NCBI GenBank assembly: GCA_035554115.1
Contig: DATMIW010000070.1
Location: forward strand, 18,742 to 82,741
Direction: 5' to 3'
Origin: Pseudolysinimonas sp.
GTDB lineage: Bacteria > Actinomycetota > Actinomycetes > Actinomycetales > Microbacteriaceae
Length of the DNA stretch: 64,000 bases
Of this stretch, positions 1-8,404 are shown piece after piece. The position numbers were made by a program, and so were the translations under genes. Position 1 is the first letter of the stretch, and each line of letters opens with the position of its first letter. Under the pieces are notes generated by a model. That model was given only the letters and a program-made list of their open reading frames with translations. It was not told where the DNA came from and did not search any database.

Positions 1-2772
1 TTCGTCAATGTGACAGTCGACCCTGATGCGCCTCTGGCTTATCCGATCGTGAGCGACACGGTTCTCGGCGTGAACGACGTTCTCGACCACGATTCCGTCG
101 ATGTTGCGGTTCTCGACAATGTCTTCTTTGCTGACGGCAATGTCGCCAATCTCGGGGTCGCGCTTGTGCAGGGCTACAGTTCGGGCGCCACGATTCTGGC
201 CAATAAGAGGATCCGCGTCACGATCGGTGACAAGAGCCAGATCATCCCGTTCTCGGTGTCGCATCCTGATGACGACTCGATTCGCTCATATGCCTTCATC
301 TGGGTGCCCGGATACGACGATGCTCTTCCGCAGCTCGATCGGACGGCTCCACCCCTGACGGTGAAGAGCGAAGAGACCCTGCGGATCGACCTCAACGACT
401 ATGTGGTTGCCCTGGGCGGGAATCAGGTCCGGCTCGCCGACACCTCGACGGTGCGCGCAACTCATGCAAACGGCGAAGACCTCGTGGTCGACAGCGACAC
501 CCTGTCGTTCACCTCGGCAGACCAGTACTTTGGCCCGGCATCGATAACCTTCGAGGTCACAGACGGCACCTTGGCCGACGATCCCGCGGGGAAACGGGCG
601 ATCCTGACACTGCCGATAACTGTTGAGCCGCGCACCAATCAACCACCCGCGTTCACCGGGGGAGTTGTGCCCTTCGAACCCGGCCAGCAGGTCGAGCTCG
701 ACCTCGTACGACTGACCAACTACCCCTATGACGATGTTTCCGAACTTGTCTATTCGGTGCTTTCGCCCCTGCCCGAAGGGTTCAGCTATGAGCTGAACGG
801 CCAGAGGCTGGTTCTTACGGCCAAAGAGTCGACGCCGAGCGGAACCAACACGTCGATCAGTATCGGAGTGCGCGACGATGTGAACGACGGACGCGCGGGA
901 CGGATCACGCTGCAGGTCGTTCCATCGACGCGCCCCATCATCAGACCCGTCGCAGATCGCGCGATTGCCGAACGCGGACAGACGACTGTTATCGATGTCC
1001 TTGCCAATGACGAGGCGAACAACCCGTTCCCGGGCCGCCCGCTCAGTGTGACCGACACGCGAGGTCTGGGCGAGCTGCCGGAGGGCGTGACTGTCACGCC
1101 GAGCGCTGATAGGTCGAAGTTGACGGTGACCGTCTCATCCAACGCCGCTCCCGTCGATGCCAATGTGCAGTACGAGGTCGCCGACGCGACCCTGGATGAA
1201 AGCCGTCGTGCATGGGGAAACGTGACGATCTCGGTGCAGGACGTGCCGGATCCGGTCAGTTCTGTGCACGTGTCGGAGTTTGGAGACCGTCTGCTCAAAC
1301 TGTCGTGGGCGGCCGGGCAGTTCAACAATTCGCCGATCACCGGGTATGAGGTCACGATGTCCGGAACAGATGGCGGTGTGATCTCGACGACGAGCTGCGA
1401 GACCACTGTCAACTGCGAGCTGAGAACTCCGGGCAACGGACCCGATAACGCGGTGCGCCTCTCGATGGTGGCGATTAACGCCATCGGGAAATCGTCACCC
1501 ACCTCACTGCCCGGCGCGATCTGGTCCGACATTATCCCGCCGCCCCCCACGAATCTGAGTGATCGCCCCCTCGACAACGGCCTGCGGATCACCTGGGCTA
1601 AGCCGGGTGGCGGCGCCGGAAGCCCGATCGAGCTGTACGTCATTACCGTCGGTGGCGTGACCCAGTCGATGAACGTGGACGCCAATGATCCGGTGGGAAC
1701 CGTCTATTCGCGCAATGTTCAGGCGCCCTCGATCGCGAATGGCAGCTCGGTCGGCTACAGCGTGAGTGCGCGCAATGGCGCGCCCAGCTCCCTCGCGACC
1801 TGGAACCAGGCCTCGGGGACGGGTGTTCCCGCCGGACCGCCACTCCAACTTGCGTCGCCATCGGCATCCGGGTCGCTCAGCGACGGGACGACGGCGCAAG
1901 TGTCGTGGGCAGGCGCGTTTGGAGCCAACGGCGCGACAATAGGCACCTATTACGTCTCGCTCTACACCGGATCCCAACCGTCATGTTCGGTATCGGGGGT
2001 CGACACGGGCAACCCCGTAGTGTCCCCGCCGGGCGGCAACACCCAGACACTGTCGGGTGGAACGACAGGCGCCTCATTCTCGGGTCTGACGCCCAATCAG
2101 CCGTACTCGATCACGGTCTTCGCCTACAACGGGCAGGGCTGCACCGCATCGCCCGAAGTGCAGGTCACCCCGCGAGCGGCGCCCGGCACCGTTTCTGCCA
2201 TCGATCACCCCGCGGGTCCGGTGGCGTCGAGCCCCAGCACATGGGATTTCCGCCTCGACGGATTCACGATCGGCTCCGGTTCCACCGACGCTGACCAATT
2301 CCGCTACCGCCTCATCGGCGGAACGACTGACCAGTCAGAGAGCGGCGTTGTCGACCCCGGATCCCTGTTGACGACCGATAACGGATCGCAATACGGCAAT
2401 GTCATCGGCGTGCAGCTGCGAGCGTGCAAGAGCTATCCCGAGGGCACTCTGTGTAGCGCATCATGGTCGCCGACCTTCCCCCTGGGGGTTCCTGTCAACA
2501 ATTCGGTGCCGGGCGGTCTCGCTGCTGTCGTCACCGACGACGGGGGCGGCTTGCTCAGCGCGAGCGGCTATTGGACCTGGGGCTCGATGCCCAGCGGACC
2601 CGGCTACAGCTCGGTGGGATTCTCCTGCGGCGGGGATGACGACTCCAGCACCCCTCAGCAGTGCGAGGTCTCGGGCGGTCTGCTGGGCGCCTCGTTCCCC
2701 AACCTGACTGTCACCATTACCGCCAACGGCACGACGTATTCGCGCGCATATGCGTGGAGCCAGTACTCATGA
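1..2772 (+). CDS. Large secreted/surface protein with cadherin/Ig-like and fibronectin type III repeats (5' end lies outside the window)
   Basis: Frame 1 is open from base 1 (ttc gtc aat precede the GTG at 10), so the gene is truncated by the window edge. Stop is TGA 2770-2772. It has a cadherin/VCBS-like module ('VADRAIAERGQTTVIDVLANDEANNPF...LSVTD'). At least three FN3-like modules follow ('LLKLSWAAGQFNNSPITGYEV', 'LRITWAKPGGGAGSPIELYVI', 'AQVSWAGAFGANGATIGTYYV'). There is no LPXTG at the C-terminus. Confidence 0.75.
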   Translation, partial: FVNVTVDPDAPLAYPIVSDTVLGVNDVLDHDSVDVAVLDNVFFADGNVANLGVALVQGYSSGATILANKRIRVTIGDKSQIIPFSVSHPDDDSIRSYAFIWVPGYDDALPQLDRTAPPLTVKSEETLRIDLNDYVVALGGNQVRLADTSTVRATHANGEDLVVDSDTLSFTSADQYFGPASITFEVTDGTLADDPAGKRAILTLPITVEPRTNQPPAFTGGVVPFEPGQQVELDLVRLTNYPYDDVSELVYSVLSPLPEGFSYELNGQRLVLTAKESTPSGTNTSISIGVRDDVNDGRAGRITLQVVPSTRPIIRPVADRAIAERGQTTVIDVLANDEANNPFPGRPLSVTDTRGLGELPEGVTVTPSADRSKLTVTVSSNAAPVDANVQYEVADATLDESRRAWGNVTISVQDVPDPVSSVHVSEFGDRLLKLSWAAGQFNNSPITGYEVTMSGTDGGVISTTSCETTVNCELRTPGNGPDNAVRLSMVAINAIGKSSPTSLPGAIWSDIIPPPPTNLSDRPLDNGLRITWAKPGGGAGSPIELYVITVGGVTQSMNVDANDPVGTVYSRNVQAPSIANGSSVGYSVSARNGAPSSLATWNQASGTGVPAGPPLQLASPSASGSLSDGTTAQVSWAGAFGANGATIGTYYVSLYTGSQPSCSVSGVDTGNPVVSPPGGNTQTLSGGTTGASFSGLTPNQPYSITVFAYNGQGCTASPEVQVTPRAAPGTVSAIDHPAGPVASSPSTWDFRLDGFTIGSGSTDADQFRYRLIGGTTDQSESGVVDPGSLLTTDNGSQYGNVIGVQLRACKSYPEGTLCSASWSPTFPLGVPVNNSVPGGLAAVVTDDGGGLLSASGYWTWGSMPSGPGYSSVGFSCGGDDDSSTPQQCEVSGGLLGASFPNLTVTITANGTTYSRAYAWSQYS

Positions 2773-2794
2773 CGTACCCGAGAGGACACACCCG

Positions 2795-3766
2795 ATGACT
2801 ATGACTCCGGAACAGGCGACAGCCTTCCAAGAGGCGTTCGGCAGGCTCGTTGCCGGCGTTGAGCAGGTGTTGCTTGGCAAGACTTTCGTCGTGCGCCTCG
2901 GATTCGTCGCGCTTTTTAGCGAAGGCCATCTGCTTCTCGAGGACTTTCCCGGCACGGGAAAGACGTCGTTCGCGCGCGCAATAGCCCAGAGCGTTGCGGG
3001 TACCCACAGTCGCGTGCAGTTCACTCCTGACCTTTTGCCGGGGGACATCACCGGTGTCAGCATTTACGACCAGCGCACAGGCAAGTTCGACTTTCATAAG
3101 GGGCCGATTTTCGCGAACATCGTGCTTGCCGACGAGATTAACCGGGCCAGCCCGAAGACCCAGGCCGCACTTCTCGAGGTCATGGAAGAGGGTCATGTGA
3201 CCGTTGACGGACACTCGCACAGTGTCGGTTTGCCGTTCATGGTGATTGCAACACAGAACCCCATCGAACAAGCCGGAACCTACCGACTGCCGGAAGCCCA
3301 GCTCGACAGGTTCCTGCTGAAAGCGTCAATCGGGTACCCGGATCACGCATCCACTCTCCGGATCCTCGAAGGAGCAGGAGTCAAGGCCCACGAGACGGCC
3401 ATCCCGCCAGTTGTCACAGCCGACGCCGTTCTCGAAATGGCGTCACTCGCGCGAACTGTGCATGTTGACGCAAGCGTTAACGACTACGTGTCGCGCCTCG
3501 TCGACGCGACTCGCTCGGCTACCGAGGTGCGATTGGGAGTCAGCGTGCGCGGTGCGCTCGCACTGGTGCGCAGCGCCAAAACTCTCGCGGCTGCCAGCGG
3601 TCGACACTATGTAGTTCCCGACGACATCAAGTCCTTGGCTGAGCCGGTGTTGGCGCACCGACTTGTGCTCGATCCGGAAGCCGAGTTCGACGGGGTTACG
3701 GCATCGAGCATTATCGGGCAGCTTCTTCTCGAGACGTCTCCGCCGAGTGATCGGCAAGCCGTGTGA
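2795..3766 (+). CDS. MoxR-family AAA+ ATPase (module 1)
   Basis: Walker A 'FPGTGKTS', Walker B region 'IVLADEINRASPKTQAALLEVMEE', and a MoxR-type lid 'VSVRGALALVRSAKTLAAASGRHYVVPDDIK'. The ORF opens at 2750, but ATG 2795 follows a GAGAGGA Shine-Dalgarno (2780-2786) and clears the upstream stop at 2772. Confidence 0.9.
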   Translation: MTMTPEQATAFQEAFGRLVAGVEQVLLGKTFVVRLGFVALFSEGHLLLEDFPGTGKTSFARAIAQSVAGTHSRVQFTPDLLPGDITGVSIYDQRTGKFDFHKGPIFANIVLADEINRASPKTQAALLEVMEEGHVTVDGHSHSVGLPFMVIATQNPIEQAGTYRLPEAQLDRFLLKASIGYPDHASTLRILEGAGVKAHETAIPPVVTADAVLEMASLARTVHVDASVNDYVSRLVDATRSATEVRLGVSVRGALALVRSAKTLAAASGRHYVVPDDIKSLAEPVLAHRLVLDPEAEFDGVTASSIIGQLLLETSPPSDRQAV

Positions 3767-5190
3767 GTACGCCACGCACCCATTCGCGGGTGCCACGCGG
3801 CGGGTCGACCGGATTACGGGGGTCGGCTCTCACCGACCGTGACACCCTCAGCCGCACGTCATCCGACGCCGCGGGACTCAGCAATATGCGTACGCGCCTG
3901 GTCGGGGCTCGCACCGGTGTGCTGGCGGAGTCGATCATTCTCGTCGTGCGCATCATCGCGCTCGTCAGCGGTGTCGTGGCTCGTGTGGCGCGTCGAGTTG
4001 CCGCAGTTATCACCCCACTCGGATGGGTCATGCTCGGCGTCGTTCCCGTCGCCTTCATCTGGGGATATCGGCTCGGCTGGATCGAATTGGTCGCGGTCGC
4101 GTGGGGCGCACTCGTCGTCGCCCTGGTCGCCGTGCTGTATCTCATCGGGCGCTCGCCACTGCGCGTGCAGTTGTCACTTCCGCATTCGCGGGTGACGGTC
4201 GGAGATCCGGCCTTCGCACATGTGAACGTCGTCAATCCGGCTTCTCGCCGGGTGTTCGGCGTGGCAATTGAGGTTCCGGTCGGCGATGGTCTCGCCGAGA
4301 TAGCGGTGCCGGGCTTGCGGGGTGGGGCCAGCCATGACCACGAGCTCACGATCCCCACGAGTCGACGCGGGGTCGTCGCCCTGGGTCCCGCTCGCACTGT
4401 GCGCGCCGACCCTGTCGGGATGGTCCGCCGCGAGGTGGTCTGGACCGACACCGTCGAATTGGTCGTGCATCCGCGCACCGTGGGGGTGCCGAGCACGAGC
4501 ACCGGGTTGATTCGCGACCTCGAGGGAGCCCCGACCCGTGATCTCACTGTCAGTGACGTCTCGTTCCATGCACTCCGCGAATATCAAACGGGGGATGAGC
4601 GCCGGTACATCCATTGGAAGTCGACGGCGAAGACCGGACGCTACATGGTCCGGCAGTTCGAAGAGACGCGACGCAGCCATCTCGTTGTTGCGCTGAGCCT
4701 CGCGACAAGCGATTACGCCTCAGAAGAGGAGTTCGAGCTTGCGGTCAGCGTCGCTGGCAGCCTTGGGGTGCGCGCGATCCGCGATGGCAGGACGGTGTCG
4801 GTCGTCGTCAGCACGATCACGCCCGAGTTCGCGAAACGCAAGGTTCTCACCGTTCGCCCGCTCGCGACTCACCTTCCTGCGCGTCTTCTTGATGACCTGG
4901 CCGTTGTCGATGTCGCCACCTCAGCCCTCAACATGCGCGACATTTCGCGCGTCGTCGCCGATGACGTAGCGGGTATCTCCGTCGCCTTCCTGGTCTGTGG
5001 ATCACGAACCACCCCGGTCGAGTTGCGGGCGGCCGCGCATGCGTTCCCCGTCGGGGTCGAGGTTGTCGCCATCGTCTGCGATCCGGATGCCGTGCCCGGC
5101 TTCCGACGCATCGCCGGTCTCAGCGTGCTCACCATCGGTTACCTGGAGGACCTCCGAGTCGCTCTCGCGCGGACGGCGGCAGTCGCATGA
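3763..5190 (+). CDS. DUF58 domain-containing membrane protein (vWA-like MoxR partner, module 1)
   Basis: DUF58 hallmark 'FHALREYQTGDERRYIHWKSTAKTGRYMVRQFEE', with hydrophobic N-terminal helices. The GTG start overlaps the MoxR stop (GTGTGA, 3761-3766). Confidence 0.85.
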   Translation: MSTPRTHSRVPRGGSTGLRGSALTDRDTLSRTSSDAAGLSNMRTRLVGARTGVLAESIILVVRIIALVSGVVARVARRVAAVITPLGWVMLGVVPVAFIWGYRLGWIELVAVAWGALVVALVAVLYLIGRSPLRVQLSLPHSRVTVGDPAFAHVNVVNPASRRVFGVAIEVPVGDGLAEIAVPGLRGGASHDHELTIPTSRRGVVALGPARTVRADPVGMVRREVVWTDTVELVVHPRTVGVPSTSTGLIRDLEGAPTRDLTVSDVSFHALREYQTGDERRYIHWKSTAKTGRYMVRQFEETRRSHLVVALSLATSDYASEEEFELAVSVAGSLGVRAIRDGRTVSVVVSTITPEFAKRKVLTVRPLATHLPARLLDDLAVVDVATSALNMRDISRVVADDVAGISVAFLVCGSRTTPVELRAAAHAFPVGVEVVAIVCDPDAVPGFRRIAGLSVLTIGYLEDLRVALARTAAVA

Positions 5191-7493
5191 CATCGCGGTT
5201 CGTCGTCGCCAACACCTTCCTGCTGTGGCTCGCCACGGCGGTGGCGGTCACAGCTCTGTGGCCGATCTACCAGGATCCGCGATTCACCATCCTGGTCGCG
5301 GTGACCGTCGTGCTCGGCTCTGCCATAGCCATCCTGGGAGCGGTCTTCCGGTGGTCGTCGGCGGTTGTTCTCCTCGTCGGCTTTGCCGTGTTTCTTGTGG
5401 CCGGTGTTCCGCTCGCCGTGCCGGATGAGGCCATCGGAGGAGTGCTCCCCAGTTTTGCCGGCATTGTCGAACTTCTGAAAAGCGTGGCGCTCGGCTGGAA
5501 GCAGCTGCTCACGATCGTGTTGCCCGTCGGCGACTACCAGGCTCTACTCGTTCCCGCCTTCGTGCTCATTCTCGTCAGCACGGTCGTCGCGCTTTCGATA
5601 GCCCTGCGATCGCGCCGCGGCGAGCTCGGGGTGATCCCCCCGATCCTGCTCTTCCTCGCGGGAATCGCCTTCGGCCCCGATGCCGTTCCGTGGCCGGTGC
5701 CGTGGGCTCTGGCGCTGTTCTCGATCGTGCTGCTGTGGCTGAGCTGGCGTCGGTGGCGACGTCGACACATCCAAGTGCGGCGCCTGGACCGCGCCACGGC
5801 ATCGCAGGGCGGCCGGACGTTCGAGGGCGCCGGAGCCGAAGCTGCCGGAGCCCGAACTGTCGTCGGAGCAGGCGTCATCTTGGCCATCGCCGCGGCTGCA
5901 TCCATTGCCGTGGTCACCCTGCCCAGCCTTCAGCCGACGGCGGAGCGCACGGTGCTGCGCACTGCCATGGAACAGCCGTTCGATCCGCGGGACTACCCCA
6001 GCCCGCTCTCCGGTTTTCGGCGGTATCTGAATGACGATCGCGTGGACGATTCCCTGTTCACAGTGACGGGCCTGCCTGTCGGTGGTCGGATCCGCATTGC
6101 GACTCTCGATAGCTACGACGGGGTCGTGTATGCGGTCGGAAGTCCTGCGGTCGACAGCGCTTCGGGAAGTTTCGTGCGCATTCCCGCCACGGTCGATCAG
6201 TCAAAGATTTCCGGGACTCAGCTCGATCTCACGGTGACAGTGGATGACTATCGCGGAGTCTGGCTTCCCACAGTCGGAAAGTTCGAATCGGTCGACTTTT
6301 CGGGTTCCGATGCGAGGCGATTGCGGGATGCTTTTTACTACAACGACACGAGCGGCACGGCTGCGGTGATCGGCGGTGTCTCACGAGGTGACAGTTACCA
6401 GCTGAGGGCAGTCAACCCGAGCCAGCCGACGGGGCGTGCGTTGCTCACTGTTACTCCGGGCTCTGCTGATCTGCCGCGGCTGGGGGAGTTGCCGGACGAA
6501 CTGTCGGCGGCGCTCGACGGCTATGTGGGCGGGCTCGTGGATCCGGGAGCCCGTCTCTCGGCTGCGATCAACGGTCTGCGACAAGAGGGGTATATCAGTC
6601 ATGGTCTGGGCGATGAGGAGCCCAGCCGTTCGGGTCACGCCGCTGATCGCGTCACCGAACTCTTCAGCGCTCCCCGCATGATCGGAGACGCCGAGCAATA
6701 TGCCGTCGCAGCGGCTCTTATGGCTCGGCAGCTGGGGTTCCCGGCTCGCGTCGTATTCGGCTTTGCACCGGACTCCGAGAGCACACGTGTCGATGTGCGC
6801 GGATCAGATGTGAGTGCCTGGATCGAGGTCGATACCGCTGAGTTCGGCTGGGTGACGATCGATCCGGTGCCCGAAGAACGACCGATTCCGGATGAGGTTC
6901 CCGAGGACCCGAAGCAGGTGGCACGCCCCCAATCGATCGTCCCCCCGCCCCCGGACAGGCCGGACATCAAGCAGAACCAGTCGACGCCCGACACCGAACA
7001 GGACGAGCCGCAGGCGATTGATCCGGTGATCGCCGCCATCTTGGCCATCTTGCGCGTGGCAGGTGGTGTCCTCCTCATCGTCGCGATCCTTCTAGCCCCA
7101 TTTGCTCTGGTGATCGCTGCCAAGGTTCGGCGACGGCGTCTTCGGCGTAACGCGCCGACCGCCGTGCAGCGAATTCGCGGCGGGTGGGACGAGTTCGCCG
7201 ATGCCGTGGTCGATCACGGATATGCGCCACCGAAATCGGCAACTCGTTCAGAAGTGGCCGCGGTGGTCGGCAGTCTGCCCTCGCGCGTGCTCGCAGCTGT
7301 GGCTGACCGTGCTGTCTTCGCGCCCGGGGAACCGCGGGCGTCTGATGCGGACCACGTTTGGGACGCCGTTATCGAATTGCGCGCGGCTCTCGCTGCGGGC
7401 CTCACCCGCCGCCAGCGACTTCGTGCGCTCGTCTCGCTTCGCTCGCTTGGTGGCTATAGTGTTCGAAATCTGCTCAAGGGGGCGCGACGATGA
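5187..7493 (+). CDS. Transglutaminase-like (TgpA-type) polytopic membrane protein; core catalytic residues substituted
   Basis: About six N-terminal TM helices and a transglutaminase-core-like segment 'GDAEQYAVAAALMARQLGFPARVVFGF...DVSAWIEVD...GWVTIDPV'. A Pro-rich linker, a further TM helix and a DUF4129-like tail follow. ATGA overlap with the DUF58 stop (5187-5190). Confidence 0.85.
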   Translation: MTSRFVVANTFLLWLATAVAVTALWPIYQDPRFTILVAVTVVLGSAIAILGAVFRWSSAVVLLVGFAVFLVAGVPLAVPDEAIGGVLPSFAGIVELLKSVALGWKQLLTIVLPVGDYQALLVPAFVLILVSTVVALSIALRSRRGELGVIPPILLFLAGIAFGPDAVPWPVPWALALFSIVLLWLSWRRWRRRHIQVRRLDRATASQGGRTFEGAGAEAAGARTVVGAGVILAIAAAASIAVVTLPSLQPTAERTVLRTAMEQPFDPRDYPSPLSGFRRYLNDDRVDDSLFTVTGLPVGGRIRIATLDSYDGVVYAVGSPAVDSASGSFVRIPATVDQSKISGTQLDLTVTVDDYRGVWLPTVGKFESVDFSGSDARRLRDAFYYNDTSGTAAVIGGVSRGDSYQLRAVNPSQPTGRALLTVTPGSADLPRLGELPDELSAALDGYVGGLVDPGARLSAAINGLRQEGYISHGLGDEEPSRSGHAADRVTELFSAPRMIGDAEQYAVAAALMARQLGFPARVVFGFAPDSESTRVDVRGSDVSAWIEVDTAEFGWVTIDPVPEERPIPDEVPEDPKQVARPQSIVPPPPDRPDIKQNQSTPDTEQDEPQAIDPVIAAILAILRVAGGVLLIVAILLAPFALVIAAKVRRRRLRRNAPTAVQRIRGGWDEFADAVVDHGYAPPKSATRSEVAAVVGSLPSRVLAAVADRAVFAPGEPRASDADHVWDAVIELRAALAAGLTRRQRLRALVSLRSLGGYSVRNLLKGARR

Positions 7494-8314
7494 CATGTCA
7501 GTACTGTGCGAGTGAGGTGCCCGAGGGGGCACTCTTCTGTGGCGAATGCGGTCGCTCGCTTGATGCTGCCGCAGTAGCTCCCGCGGTTGTGGAGGATGCG
7601 GCGGCACGGTCCGCCCTGCCGTCCATGCGCACACCCGTTCCGGCGTCCGTACCGAAGCCGGCCGTCTCGGCCTCCGTACCGCGTCAGGCTGTCCCGGAGC
7701 ACATGCCGATCCAAGCCGTCCCGGCGTCCGAGGCCTGGCCTTTCGATTCTGTTGTGAGTCCCGAATCAGTTGGCCCCGAACCCGTTAGTCCCGAATCCGT
7801 CTTGCCCGCAGCATCAGACCCAGCCGAGGAGTACCCCGTGGAGAACCCGACAGCACCACAATCCGAGCCTGAAGGCACTGTCGCCTCGGCCGGCGCACGT
7901 GTCACACCCGACCCATTCCCATGGGGAACGTCGACGCCTGATGAAGGCGATGTCGAGGCGACTCGCATCGTCTCGCAGCACGGCGGCGGAGAACGCTTCG
8001 TCTTGCAGTTCAGCACGGGTGAGAGCGTCACGGTCTCTGGGGCCGGATTGATTGGGCGCAACCCCGCGGCTCAGCCGGGCGAGTACGTCGATCAGCTCGT
8101 ATCGATTTTCGACGTCGGCAAGTCGGTGTCGAAGACGCACCTCGAATTCGGCCAAGACCAAGGCCGGTTCTGGGTCAGTGACAGGTATTCGACGAACGGA
8201 TCGATTGTGCGTCAGCCTGAGGCTGAGCCGCGCCGCTGCGAGCCAGGACGTCGTTATTTTGTCGTGCGGGGAACTCGCATTGACGTGGGGGAGCAGTTCT
8301 TCGTCGTGAGCTGA
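7490..8314 (+). CDS. Zinc-ribbon plus FHA domain protein
   Basis: N-terminal 'CQYCASEVPEGALFCGECG' (CxxC...CxxC), a Pro/Ser/Val-rich linker, and a C-terminal FHA signature 'GLIGRNP...SVSKTHLEF...WVSDRYSTNGSIV'. ATGA overlap with the upstream stop (7490-7493). Confidence 0.8.
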   Translation: MTCQYCASEVPEGALFCGECGRSLDAAAVAPAVVEDAAARSALPSMRTPVPASVPKPAVSASVPRQAVPEHMPIQAVPASEAWPFDSVVSPESVGPEPVSPESVLPAASDPAEEYPVENPTAPQSEPEGTVASAGARVTPDPFPWGTSTPDEGDVEATRIVSQHGGGERFVLQFSTGESVTVSGAGLIGRNPAAQPGEYVDQLVSIFDVGKSVSKTHLEFGQDQGRFWVSDRYSTNGSIVRQPEAEPRRCEPGRRYFVVRGTRIDVGEQFFVVS

Positions 8315-8404
8315 CCGCTCCTTCCCCGATGGCACAGGGCGTCGTCATCCCGATAGCTCGGATGCCGTGGGGTTGAGGGCCCGCCAGCTTGGTGGACTAG
8401 GGGG

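Noticed and set aside
10-12. GTG at position 10 as the true start of the first gene
   Set aside because: The reading frame is open back to base 1, and the sequence there is already inside a repeat-domain-like region. The gene almost certainly begins upstream of the window.
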